DNA of 64,000 nt from Octopus sinensis (GCF_006345805.1 NC_043013.1:34534001-34598000); one strand, 5' to 3'. Numbered from the stretch's first letter, positions 1-13,039 are shown. Notes: generated from the sequence alone by a model not told the origin. Translations and numbers: made by a program.

Positions 1-3000
1 TGTTTTTCTTTGATGCTAATTAAGTTTAATGTTGAGGGGTAGTGTCATAAAAACAAGCAACCAAACATTTATTGGATGATCAATTGTACATCCATCATAC
101 AAACATATATTTTCATAAGCACAAACACTCATATATATATATATATATATATGTATGCATGTATGTATATATGGAGAAAGGGGGAGAGCCATATATGTGC
201 ACAAACCTACACACATCAATGTGCATGTTTTCATATGTACATGTATATTTTTGATATATCCGTATAATATATATCTCTAATGGGCAAAATCATATTATAT
301 CGCTGTTTATGTGTCAGTAATTGATATAGTATATGATTCCATTTCATGGATAAATCATTGCTGTCTATTTAACTGTATTCTGACTTTCCATGTACCTGGA
401 GTTATGATGAAAATGGTAAGTTCTGAGAAATTTATATTTTACAGGATATGATGCTCTCATTCTCAGATTAAGTTGTTTTTTTTTATCTGCTAACATTTCA
501 AACCCTTTCTATTGTACAAAGTCTATGATCTTCATTTTATTTTCTGTGATAGTCCATTGTGGTGTGAAACTAATAACTTTAGATTTCAAGCTCCATATGT
601 ATTCTGCAAGTGAAGTTGTTTTACTTAATTTTCTATTATTTAAAAAGTATGCCTAAGCATAACATTGTGGCACTTAAATGTGCTTGATGTAATATTTATT
701 GTTCATGTAATATTTATTGTTTTCTAGCATTATTGTATTTCCTATTAGCACCTACTTTGAAAGAGACAATTAGTAATTATTCTTCACTGACAAGTGTTTG
801 AGTTTGATGCTGAGAATTCCAGGTGTTTTGGAATAGTTGAAATTTTCATATTAATATTTATAATATTTTTGTCCTATCTGTTACTGTTTTTATTAGTGTT
901 TTTATTAGTATTAAAAGGAATATAAGACTTTACATATTTGTTATCCGTTTTGGGTTGTTACAAATTTCAAATTTATCTTTATGGTATTGTCCTTCTTCAG
1001 GGTATGATTTTTGTTATTGTTGTTCAAATCAGTGGTTTACCCGTTTAATGAATAGCTTGGATCCTAATTCCTGCTGTCAAGATTATTTGATTTCTTCTTC
1101 TTCTTCGTATTATTATTATTATTATCATCATCATCATTATAATATTCACTCAATATTGAATGTATAAGGGTTTATCTTCTGCCATTAGTTGAGCATTAAA
1201 ATTTCTGATACATTTGTTAATTTTTGAGATGTTTTGAGGTGTTTGAGTAGTCACTGTTGTATTGCAGACTATGGGAATTTTACCATTTTACCATGAAGAT
1301 GCTATGATATCTAAAAAGTATAAGGATTTTTATTTTTTTAGAATATTAAATAAGACTCTGGGGATATTGATGATGAAAATTCTTGTATAAGGAGTATTAT
1401 ACCATGTTATATTACTTTTCCTTTTTTCCCTGTTAACTATATTCAACGGTGTTTGAGTAAGACTATATATCACTTTGTGGTTTTCTAGTGAAATTGTGGT
1501 TCAGGTGAAATTGTTATTTTGGAATTAGAACAAATAAAAGTTTAATTTATTTTTTATGGACTATTTTAAATTGCTTATGTTTGTTAGTGTGTTGTAAGTA
1601 TGAAATATATTGGTATCTTCAATATTTTAATCTTTATATGCACAGCTTCTTACATGACCATATTTAGATATTGTCCTGCACTGGACCGTGGGTTTCAATC
1701 TATTTGCTATACCATTTGTACTGAGTGATGTCTATGTTAGCTTACTGGGAGGTTTTGTTAGGGTTTACCATTATCCAATCTTCATTATCCATTTTTCTGT
1801 TTATCTGTTATATATTTATGGGTATTCTGATCTTCTGTGGTTTGCAGTTTAGTACTAATAATATTTTTGTTAGTTTACACTTTGTTTTTCTATTCATAGA
1901 GTTTTGAATAAAGGTAGGATATTTCTACCTTTATGAGTATTACTGATTCTTTTAGTGCAGTTCTGTTGTTTACCTGGAGGAAAATACTTAATTCTATCCT
2001 CCAAACCACTTTTTTTTAACAACACTGAATATTGCATCATTCAGCATTGTTGTTAAAAATTCCTTCATTTGCCAAAAAATTAGGAACTTGAAGAGAAATA
2101 TTTCATAAGCATTGTTCAATCTGCCCTTCATTCTGAGAGAAAAGAAACCTTTGTTGCCAGCAGTGGTAATAGCTCCCTGAAATTTTCCTAACTTGTCCAA
2201 ATATATATATATATATACATATATATACACACACACACATATACATAGAGCTTATTCTTTCAATTATATATAAATATATTATTTATATATATCTTAAAAT
2301 TATATATAATAATTTATATAAAATTTACAAATGCATTATATATATGCATACACATTGAATACAGTATATATAAAATACAATAAATATATATATATATATA
2401 TATGATATATATTTACACACACATCTTTATATACATTTACACTTACACACATATATATATACATACATAAATGCACACACACACACAGTCATACACAGAT
2501 GTACACAAATATATATATATATACATGAATATACTCATCAATTTTGAAAAATGTCAAAATATATATAAGTATATTCTTAATAAGATATGTAAAATAAATC
2601 ATTAAGCCTCTACTAATATATCTATATCATATTGTATATAAATGCTATATAATTGTCATTGAAGTTTATATATATAATATGTATGTATATGTATGTATGT
2701 ATGTATATATATTCATGCACCCATATCACAAAATTGAAAACTATATATATTAAATGAGAATATATATAAATTTTTAATTAAAAAATTCTCCATTTGACTG
2801 AGTTTTGTATTAATCAATCAATTAATATATATATATATGTGTATGAGTGTTTATATATATCTATATGTATATCTATGCACGTATAGCCATGTGTGTTTGT
2901 CTGTGTATGTGTGTATGTGTATGTGTGTGTGCGCGCTAGTTAATTCCTGAAATTATATTGCTAATGGTCTAATTTGTGAGTTTATTTCCCTCTGTCCAAC

Positions 3001-4173
3001 CTAAGCTGGAGTTATTACAAGAATTATTAATGGCATTTAAGTAAATTAAACACTGCTTACATCATGTTTGGGAATTCCAGAAAATGGATATTAACATTCA
3101 ATAATATTTGATTTGATTTCATTCCATTTGATTTTGATTTTTTTCTCTTTAATTTTTCACTTTTGTTTCTTTGTTTTTTGGTTTATTATTTTTTTTTCTA
3201 TGTTTTTTTTTTTATATTTCTTTCTAATTATTTCATCTGATGAAAGTCAGTTGTTGTGTTGAAATATTAACCATTTTTGGCAGTTAATGATTGGAAATTA
3301 GATGTAGAGTGAATAACTGTAGTTATTGTCTCCAGCATCACCATCATCATCATCATCTTCACCCCACCCTCGCCACCATCATCATTATTGTCGTATTCAT
3401 AATTATTACTCATCATCATCATCACTGACAGCATAATTATTGCCCCCTCATCATCAGCATAATCCTATTCATCTACTTCCTAATTGTCACCGATCTCATT
3501 ATTGTTGTTTTCGTTGATGATGACGTCGTTACCATCGTTGTTGTTGTTGTTGTTGTAGTTATTAACAAAATAATATTGAAGATATGAAACAACAATAACA
3601 GCCACAATAACAACAAAATAACATCCAAAATGGAACAAGAACAAAATAACATATATATAAATTATTCAAATATAGGGCCTTTGCAATTATGCATTTTAAT
3701 TACATTCATAAAGAATGAATGATATATGGTAAATGGCATCGAAGAGTTAGATTCAAGAAGAAGGAAATCTCTAACATTATAATGTGCGCATATATAATTG
3801 TGTATATTATTGTGTATATAATTGTAATTGTACGTGTAATCATGTGCATGTGTGTGTGTGTATATATATATATGTAATTATGTATGTATGTATATGTGTA
3901 TGTTTGTGCTGGTGTGTTCACTCTTGATTTGATGTAATTCTATATGTGTGGTAACCTGAGAACTGCTGAGAACAAATTTCAAAACAACTGTACTGTGGTT
4001 CCAATCACAGACCAGTTTTGAACTTGACAAGGTTCAAATCCTTGCATAGAATGTTTCCACCTATGATTAGGGTGCCATAAGCAAAATCACTGAAGCAGTA
4101 TATGGTTGCCTAAAAGTAAATCATGCATGAATTCTATTAAATACCTTAATCCCATGTCTACAGTAAACATAGT

Positions 4174-4510
4174 GAAGGTACATAGCTCAATGGTTAGAGC
4201 AGTGTTTCTCAACCAAGGTTCCCTGGAACCATAGAGTTCCGCAAAAGGTTCTTAGGGGTTCCATGAGAAAGAATAAGATAGCTAACATTAATTTCACTAT
4301 CGTAACATATGCACAACATATTATTGGTTATTCTAATATTGTAATATAGACATCATTCTATCTAACTTATCATGTTATCAAAATAATATAACAACCATTG
4401 GCGATATATTTAGTGATGTCTGTAATGTATGGACACCCTATATATATATATATATATATATAAAACGGACGTTAAATGATGATGATATATATATATATAT
4501 GTATATGTAT

Positions 4511-4562
<52 letters not shown>

Positions 4563-5045
4563 GTGTGTGTGTGTATATGATATTTACCATGTGAACTATG
4601 ATGAAAAAAATGAGAAAGATATGGTATATAAAAATTTTTTTTGAGTAGGGGTTCCTCGAGACACGTAATTTATTTTAAGGGTTACATAAGGGTAAATAGG
4701 TTAAGAAACACTGGGTTAGAGTGTTGAGCTTGCACTCATGAGGTAGTGAGTTTGATTCCCAGACCAGGCTGTGTGTTGTGTTCTTGAGCAAGACACTCTA
4801 TTTCCTATTGCTCCAGTTCACTCAGCTGTAGAAATGAGTTGTGACATCACTGGTGCCAAGATGTATCAGCCTTTGTCTTTCCCTTGGATAGCATCGGTAG
4901 CATGGAGAGGGGAGGGTGATATGCATGGGTGACTGCTGGTCTTCTATAAACAACCTTGCCCGGACTTATGCTTTGGAAAGTAACTTTCTATGTGCAATCT
5001 CCTGGTCATGCATGACTGAAGGGAGTCTTTACTCTTTACCCTTTA
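4174..5045 (+). mobile_element. tRNA-derived SINE with CORE-like central domain, split by the hAT MITE
   Basis: Head TAGCTCAATGGTTAGAG continues after the MITE as TGTTGAGCT..GAGTTTGATTCCC. Central GTTGTGTTCTTGAGCAAGACAC..CTCCAGTTCACTCAGCTG. Similar copies at ~14915-15070, ~48708-48955 (+) and ~18590-18765, ~19250-19425, ~60430-60605 (-). Confidence 0.8.
4200..4713. mobile_element. hAT-type non-autonomous DNA transposon (MITE) with internal (TA)n
   Basis: TIRs CAGTGTTTCTCAACC...GGTTAAGAAACACTG, with an exact 8-bp TSD GGTTAGAG at 4192-4199 and 4714-4721. Confidence 0.9.
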
Positions 5046-5083
5046 CAGTAAACATACACATGCATGCAAACACACATATCATG

Positions 5084-5420
5084 TGCTTCCCAAACACGTG
5101 GTTTTGAGTTCAGTCCCACTGCCTGGCACCTTTGGCAAGTGTCTTCTACTATAGTCTTGGGCCAACCAAAGCCTTGTGAGTGAATTTGGTAGATGAAAAT
5201 GGAACGAAGTCCATTGTATGAATATGTATGTACGTGTGTATATATATATATATATATAAGTGTATATGTGTATCTTTGTGTATGTGTGTTTATATATATA
5301 TATATGTGTGTGCAAGTGTATGTGTGTGTCTTTGTGCATGCGTTTGTCTCCTACCACTGCTTTGCAACCGGCGTTGGTATGTTTACATCCCTAAGGTCAA
5401 TTCATTCGACTAAAATTCTT
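5084..5420 (+). mobile_element. Composite SINE (head A + internal microsatellite + tail B)
   Basis: Head with B-box-like GTTCAGTCCC and GCACCTTTGGCAAGTGTCTT, then (TA/TG)n, then start of tail module. Confidence 0.8.
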
Positions 5421-5949
5421 CAGTCACATTTTTGTGTGTGTATGTGTGTGTGTGTGTCTGGAGTAGGAACAAAGAAAGAGTGAAACAGCAATAATGAGGA
5501 CACTATCATTATAGCTTATAGCTAGAGTCATATGATTAGTGAGGGAAGATAAGGGAAAAATCTAATAGTGTTAAGTTACATGGTCAATGCTGATTTTAGT
5601 CTTAAAACACCTTGACCCATCCTAAACTCAAACTAGAAAAGAAGAAGAAAAAAAACAGCTTGATAGCATTAAATTACTGCTGCAGATGCTAATGAAATAA
5701 AAAATATCCAGTGTGGACTTCAAATGTTGTATCAATCATTAACTAATAAGAAAGCCTCTACGTGGCTGCTCTATTTACTGGAAATAACAGCCAAAATCTT
5801 CCAGAAATGACAACACATTATCGTCAGAAAGAGAAGGTTACATTGGATTTTTTTTTGGTAATGAGGCAGCACACATTGCCTTTCTCTGTATTCTAAGACT
5901 AGTAAAATGGAGTGCAAGAGAAGAGTATTTAGCATTGGCTCAAATCCAT

Positions 5950-6200
5950 ACAACATAGTACTCATTGATTTCAGCCCTTCATTTTCTATGGAGCTCAGAT
6001 CATCAACAACTTTCCTCTGTTGTTCTCAAGTTAGAGCTGTCTTTTCTGCTTCTTTCCAATTGGATTCCTGCTTCCTTGCTGATTCCTTTCAGATTTTGCT
6101 TCACTTCATTGTGTTTCCATGAGGGAAGGCCTTCCCACTCTCAGGACTCATTGATTTTAAATTATCATCAATTTTTCTGTAACTTTGCTTTCCTCTAGAT
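5950..6200 (-). pseudogene. Decayed C-terminus of an RTE-type LINE ORF
   Basis: Frameshifted minus-strand translation GRP...EAGIQ/WKEAEKTALT*EQQRKVVDDLSSIEN resembles the end of RTE ORFs (GRP...W.EAE..A..R..WR..VD.LC). Confidence 0.55.
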
Positions 6201-7110
6201 AACGGTGTTGATCCTATGTAAACCCATTTTTAACTCTTAGAAAAGGTGGTTCATATTAATGTGGCCTCTAACCTTTGTTCTATACAGCATGAGATGTCCT
6301 GCCAAAAGCTTGAACTCTGCTGGCAAAGTTCTCAACATCACTGAGGCACACAAGCTACCACAGGGCAACAAGGACTGGACCTTGTGGTGGATACAACAGG
6401 GTAGTCCCCACTAAAGGTTACCTGAAGACCAGTTGGTGGTGTTAAAACAAGCTACCAAACTGTCCTAGATACACTATATCTGTAAATACTAAAGGAGCTG
6501 AGTCATGGCTAGGATAAATTTGGTTTTGATCACAGGTTTGCTTGAACAAGACAGAGCTGGGTGTTAAACAACTGTTATAACAAAAATCATCTTTCTGCTA
6601 AGTGTCAAAAGCAATATTTATCTGTATAGGATGTATACTGTTACAATTTAGCTTTCACATATAGAAACATGTCAGAGCTTTCATGCAACAGTATTCTGGG
6701 TTTATGGATAAAGGCTTCATCCATTTCATCAGGATTATCATCTTTATCCTCATCATTGTCATCATCATCGTCATCATTCTAATGTTCACTTTTCCTTACT
6801 TTCATGGGTTAGACAGGATTTGTTGAGGCAGCATTTTCCACAACTGGACGCTGTTGCTGTCACCTACTCTCATCTGTATCCTAGAAAGGTAATATTATAT
6901 CCCCATGGTCAGATATGTTTCCATTGAAGATTATAAACTAATGATACTGCTTTTACGATGGGGGACATTCATGAACATTTATCATGCAATGCCAAGCCAA
7001 AGAGGCACAAATATGAACCCAGTCACACATACTGACTCCTATATGAGTTGTAACTGAACATGATAGATGGAAACTAAATGAAGCCTATTGAGTGTGTGTG
7101 TGCATGTATA

Positions 7111-7235
7111 GATATGATATGATATGATGTGATGTGATGTGATGTGATGTGATGTGATGTGATGCGATGCGATGCGATGCGATGCGATATGATATGATAT
7201 GATATGATATTATATTATATTATATTATATTATAT
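7111..7235. repeat. Compound pentanucleotide array
   Basis: (GATAT)3(GATGT)7(GATGC)5(GATAT)5(TATAT)5 in perfect register. Confidence 0.95.
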
Positions 7236-7239
7236 TAAG

Positions 7240-7400
7240 AGAGAGAAGGAAAGTTAGTTTATTTCACATATAGAAAAGTGAAGTTGAAAATGCACCAGGA
7301 GTTTTTTAGTTTATTTTTTTAAAGACTTAACCAGTTTCGTAGATTTTTCTATCTCAATCTTCGAAAACCAGAAAAAATCTGTTAAACTGGTTAAGCCTCT
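7240..7400 (-). mobile_element. Penelope-like terminal fragment with degenerate hammerhead and fold-back
   Basis: Minus strand TCGAAGATTGAGATAGAAAAATCTACGAAACTGGTTAAG followed by AAATAAA. Inverted repeat spans 7326-7395. Confidence 0.45.
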
Positions 7401-8394
7401 TCGGGTTTTAATCCAGCCCTACCTCAAGATCAATGATACTAAACCCTTTCTTTTCAAACTTACACAATTTAAATAATTATGATACCAATGCCTCTATCAT
7501 ACAAAATCTCATTTTAAATCAAGCATGTTTCATAAAAAAAACCTTCCTTTATAAATATTTATGTATAAGAGCCTTTTGTTAAGTTATGCTCCAGACATCA
7601 TCTTAATGACAAAGCTAGTTATTTTTTTTTCCAAAATTCTAGATTGTTTTCAGAATTTATTAAAACACTTAGAGCATTCAATTATAAATATGATCATGAA
7701 AGAGTTATTTACAACATGGAGTGTTAATAATCTAAGCAGAAAAAAACTAAGCAAAGAGGTAAATATAATAAATAATGTTTTGTCATTAATGACTAACATT
7801 GTTTTGATCTTCCAAGCAACAATGGACATAGCCTACTTCAATATTATTCTGACTGTCTCCTTGAAAAGATATCTTTTGCCAAAGTAGTGACGAATGAATT
7901 AGTTAATCTATAAGACTGTATATTTATTGGTATCATAAAATAAGAATTATTTAGAAATTGAATAATTCAAAGTGGAATTGAAGTTTATGTTTTGTTTATA
8001 CTTTACACATTAAGATGTCCAGAAAATGATGGTGTTTCTTTGTGATTGTTTGAGGTGCTAGAAATAACAGTGAAATCCTCCCCAAATCACACAATACCAT
8101 TTTAAATAAATGAAAGATATACTTGGAAATGAAATCCTGGATATACAAACAAAAGTTTTTGACAAAAATATTAAAACAGGATGGTCATTATGAGAGTGTC
8201 TTTCATCATAATCTGGTTTGATAAGGCCTGATTTGGGTTTAAGCTTCAGAGGTAACAACATCAACAAGAAGAAGAAAAGAAAGAAGATGGTCAAGATGGA
8301 TAAAATACTGAAATTCTTATCGAAAAGTCATGAGTTCAAATCCATGCCAGACAAAATGCTAATCAGCATTTCTTCTGGCTCTAGGTTCTAAGTT

Positions 8395-8640
8395 TGTGTG
8401 TGTGTGTGTGTATGTTTGCACGTGTGTGTTTGTGTGTCTATGTTTGTCCCCCATCATCACTTGACAACCGGTGTTGGTGTGTTTATGTCCTCAAAGCTTA
8501 GCGGTTCAGCAAAAGACACCAATAGAATAAGTACCAGGCTTGAAAAAAAAGAAAAACATAGTGAGGTTAATGTATCTGACTAAAAATTCAAGGTGGTGCC
8601 CCAGCATGGCCACAGTCTAATGACTGAAACAAACAAAAGA
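8395..8640 (+). mobile_element. SINE tail module B
   Basis: CTTAGCGGTTCAGCAAAAGA..AATAGAATAAGTACC..GGTGCCCCAGCATGGCCACAGTC..TGACTGAAAC. Confidence 0.8.
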
Positions 8641-8647
8641 CGTCAAA

Positions 8648-9379
8648 TACTTCTATATATTTTTTTACATTGATAAGTTATGATATGAAAGAGACTTTCT
8701 ACACAGCAGCTCAACTAGCCAACAGCACTTGACACTGGATCAGTCTGGCTTCATCCATAGCATTTAAACCGGCCATATCCAGCCAAAATATTCTCCCCTG
8801 TTTTATGTTCAAATTGGCCAGATCTGGCCTCTCACACCAGCCCTACTATATAATTCTAAAAATGAATAGTTACTTCATCAAAATCTCAAAGCTACAAGAT
8901 AATGCAGGATTAATTCAAAACAATGTGAATAAATAAGCATTACATTTGATAGAATAATGCAAATACTAAAGGGTTAAAGACCTGTAAACACTTCAATCTA
9001 ATTTATTAATTAGATCCAACTACATATTTTTAATTAAAGCTTGTATCTAATGACTTAACATTTATCAACTTGTATATATTTATCTACTTCTATATATTTT
9101 TTGCATTGTTAAGTTATGATCTGAAAGAGATTTATCTGCTATTTTCAGCATATGAAGCAACCACATAGAGACTCACTCACCTCATGCTGCTTCTTGGTTT
9201 GGCAGAACAATTTACTTTCTATACAGCAGCTCAACTAGCAAGCAACACTTGACACTGGATCAGTCCGGTACTATCCATATTTACAGTCCTGTAAACACCT
9301 TAATCTAATTTGTTAATTAGATCCAACTACTTATTTTTAATTAAAGCTTGTATCTAATGACTAACATTTATCAACTTGT
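8648..9379 (+). repeat. Tandem local duplication (8648-9073 and 9085-9379)
   Basis: Co-linear near-identical unique blocks. Copy 1 carries a MITE insertion and lacks ~80 bp present in copy 2. Confidence 0.9.
8758..8977 (+). mobile_element. piggyBac-type (TTAA) MITE, left end truncated
   Basis: Ends AAAGGG-TTAA. Same family as 59779-59987 and 42533-42745. Confidence 0.75.
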
Positions 9380-9850
9380 CATCACATCGAACACCTAATA
9401 CTCAGAATGTCTGATTTTAGTTAACCATTTTTCCCACCCATCGATGAATTTTCCCTGCAACATCTCTCAAATTAACCAACTGTGAAGCCATAAATCATCT
9501 ACCCATAACTTACCCATTTCTCATAAACCCCTTTTATACATCATCACAGATATGTACCCACCTCTTATATATTACCATCGACACAACAGTTGCACCATAA
9601 ATCACACAAGCTTTATGTGGTTGCTCAACCAGATAGGAACAGCAGCTGATCATCTTGAAATTGCAAGCTGCCATGTTTTTAAAAGAGACACATTGGATGA
9701 TATAGTCTTAGATACATTGTGCTTGAGCAAAAATTCGTTGGATGGTCATAACTAGAATACCTTTTGGTTATGAGTTTAGTTAATCAAGGCTTACCTGTGG
9801 ACTAAACGACAATAACAACATTATTACTAATACTGTGTCTACTATTATAT

Positions 9851-11105
9851 AAGGTGGTGAGCTGGCAGAAACATTAGCATGCCGGGCGAAATGCTCAGCG
9901 GTATTTTGTCTACTGTTACGTTCTGAGTTCAAATTCCACCGAGGTTGACTTTGCCTTTCATCCTTTCGGGGTCGATAAATTAAGTACCAGTTACGCACTG
10001 GAGTCGATATGATTGACTTAATCCGTTTGTCTGTCCTTGTTTGTCCTCTCTGTGTTTAGCCCCTTGTGGGTAGTAAAGAAAGAGGTATTTTGTCTACTGT
10101 TACATTCTGTGTTCAAATTCTGCTGAGGTCGACTTTGCCTTTCATCCTTTCAGGGTCGACAAATTAAGTAACAATTACGCACTGGGGTCGATGTAATCAA
10201 ATGAATCCCTTTGTCTGTCCTTGTTTCTCCCCTCTATGTTTAGCCCCTTGTGGGCAATAAACAAATAAGAAATGTTAGCAGGCTGGGCGAAATGCTTAGT
10301 GGTATTTTGTCTGTCTATATGTTCTGAGTTCAAATTCCCCCAAAAGGGTGAAAGGCAACGTTGACCTTGGCAGAATTTGAACTCACAACATAAAGACTTA
10401 TAAAATACAGCTAAGCATTTTGCTTGACGTGCTAATGTTTCTGCCAGCTTGCTGCCTTAAGTATATATATATTCTTTTCTACTCTAGGCACAAGGTCTGA
10501 AATTTTGGGGGAAGGGGACAGTCAATTAGATCGACCCCAGTATGCAACTGGTACTTAATTTATTGACCCCGAAAGGATGAAAGGCAAAGTTGACCTCAGT
10601 GGAATTTGAACTCAGAACGTAAAGACAGATGAAATGCCACTAAGCATTTCACCCGGTGTGCTAATGTTTCTGCCAGAATGTCACCTTAATAATAGTACAA
10701 TTCTATTACCTCCAGCACAACCACTGCCTGTACTATAACAACAACAGCAGCAACAACACAATTCTGCTACCTCTATCACAACCACTATGGCTACCATTAT
10801 AATGAAAATATAAACATAACAAAAACAAAAGCCCAGTTCCATTACAATCATCAGTATTATAACCACTACCACTACTACCTATTTCTTTACTACCCACAAG
10901 GGGCTAAACACAGAGAGGACAAACAAGGACGGACAAACAGATTAAGTCGATTATGTCGACCCCAGTGCATAACTGCTACTTATTTGATCGACCCCGAAAG
11001 GATGAAAGGCAAAGTCGACCTCGGCAGAATTTGAACTCAGAACGTAACGGTAGATGAAATACTGCTAACCATTTCGCCCGGCGTGCTAGTGTTTCTGCCA
11101 GCTAC
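9851..11105. mobile_element. Cluster of SINE family C copies (tandem + copies at 9851-10337, - copies at 10338-11105)
   Basis: Repeated GGTGAGCTGGCAGAAAC..GTTCTGAGTTCAAATTCC..GAGGTCGACTTTGCCTTTCATCCTTTCGGGGTCGATAAATTAAGTACCAG. Confidence 0.9.
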
Positions 11106-11199
11106 CACTACTACCGCTACAACAACAGAAGTATAATTTACCACCCTTGTCATCACCCCTCCCTCCCACCCTCACTACCATGATAAAAACAACAAAACT

Positions 11200-12780
11200 A
11201 GCAGCATAATTCCACCACCACTACCACAACTACAACTACCACCACCACCATCAGTAATGCAACAGCCACCAACTCACCCACTGAAACTACCACCAATACT
11301 GCTATCACCAGCACAACCTCAAAAATTGCTACCAACACCACCACCACAAGCAACACAACCATCACCAACACAAGCATTACAACTCCCTCCATCACAAACA
11401 CCATCACCAACACAAGCATTACAACTCCCTCCATCACAAACACCATCACCACTACAACCACCACAACCACCACCACCACCACCAACACAACCATTGCCAA
11501 TACAACTATCACCAACACAATCATCACAACTACCTCCATTGCAAACACCCTCCATTGCAACCACCACCACCACTCCCACACCAACACAACCATTGCCAAT
11601 ACAACCATCACCAACACAATCATCACAACTACCTCCATCACAGCCACCATCACCACCACAACTATCACCAACACAACCATTACAACCACTGCCATCGCAT
11701 CCACCACCAACACAACCATCACCAACACTACAATCATTGCCGCAACAACACGATTTCTCTACACCACTACCACCACCACCACCACCACCACCACTACCAC
11801 CACCACCACCACCACCACTACCACCACCACCGCCACCACCACCACCACCATCGCCATCCCCTCCTATTGCTGCTGGCAACATCATCACCACCCCCACTAC
11901 CACCACCACCACCACTACCACCACCACTACCACCACCACCACCACCACCACACTACCACCACCACTACCACCACCACCACCACCACCACCACCACCAACA
12001 CAACCATTGCCAATACAACTATCACCAACACAATCATCACAACTACCTCCATTGCAACCACCACCACCACTCCCACCACCAACACAACCATTGCCAATAC
12101 AACCATCACCAACACAATCATCACAACTACCTCCATCACAGCCACCATCACCACCACAACTATCACCAACACAACCATTACAACCACTGCCATCGCATCC
12201 ACCACCAACACAACCATCACCAACACTACAATCATTGCCGCAACAACACGATTTCTCTACCACCACTACCACCACCACCACCACCACCACCACTACCACC
12301 ACCACCACCACCACCACCACTACCACCACCACCGCCACCACCACCACCACCATCGCCATCCCCTCCTATTGCTGCTGGCAACATCATCACCACCACCACT
12401 ACCACCACCACCACCACTACCACCACCACTACCACCACCACCACCACCACCACCACTACCACCACCACTACCACCACCACCACCACCACCCCACCACCAC
12501 CACTACCACCACCACCACCACCACTACCACCACCACCACCACCACCACTACCACTACCACCACCACCACCACTACCACCACCACTACCACCACCACTACG
12601 ACCACCACCACCACCGCCACCACCACCACCACCACCACCACTTCTATAATCATTACAGCAACACAATTTTTTCCAGCATCACCACTACCACCACCACCAC
12701 CATCGCCATCCCCTCCTATTGCTGCTGGCAACATCATCACCACCACCACCGCTACCACCACCACCACCACCACTGCTAGA
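11200..12780. repeat. Cryptic (ACC/ATC/AAC)n array with ~0.5-kb higher-order repeat
   Basis: Block 11478-11890 is repeated at ~11993-12390, with a partial third copy near 12700-12745. Confidence 0.9.
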
Positions 12781-12871
12781 GGCTCCACCATCATTTACAT
12801 AATGCAAATCAACCACTGTTTCACTAATTCCCCCATTATTGGATTTATCTGTTTCTTGTCTCTGTACTTAC

Positions 12872-12906
12872 AGTTGCTTAACGCTTCGTGTTCTTTGAGC
12901 ACTCAT
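12872..12906 (-). other. Candidate first coding exon (MSAQRTRSVKQ, phase-2 donor) of an unidentified gene
   Basis: ATG at 12906 (G at -3), 35 nt open, then CAACT|GTAAGT donor. Lies in a non-repetitive, CpG-retaining island downstream of a CCAAT box. Confidence 0.3.
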
Positions 12907-13039
12907 CACACCGAAGAATGTATGGAACAAGTGGAGAGATGGTGGAATGGTGGAGTGAGAGAGGGGGGGAGGCAGTGGCCGAGAAAAGCTAAGCTTCGGA
13001 GGAGAGAGATTTGGGAAGGAAGATATGGCGAGAAAGGAC

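Noticed and set aside
240-2000. T-rich stretch resembling a plus-strand 3' UTR with AATAAA motifs
   Set aside because: Composition only. No coding exon visible in the window
9181-9288. Possible minus-strand exon with GAG|GTGAGT donor at 9175-9180
   Set aside because: The better acceptor (9289) gives stops in all frames. The 54-nt alternative has a weak acceptor, and the donor is deleted in the duplicate copy
9851-10337. Tandem repeats resembling a CRISPR array
   Set aside because: Units are whole SINE copies without unique spacers, in a eukaryotic context
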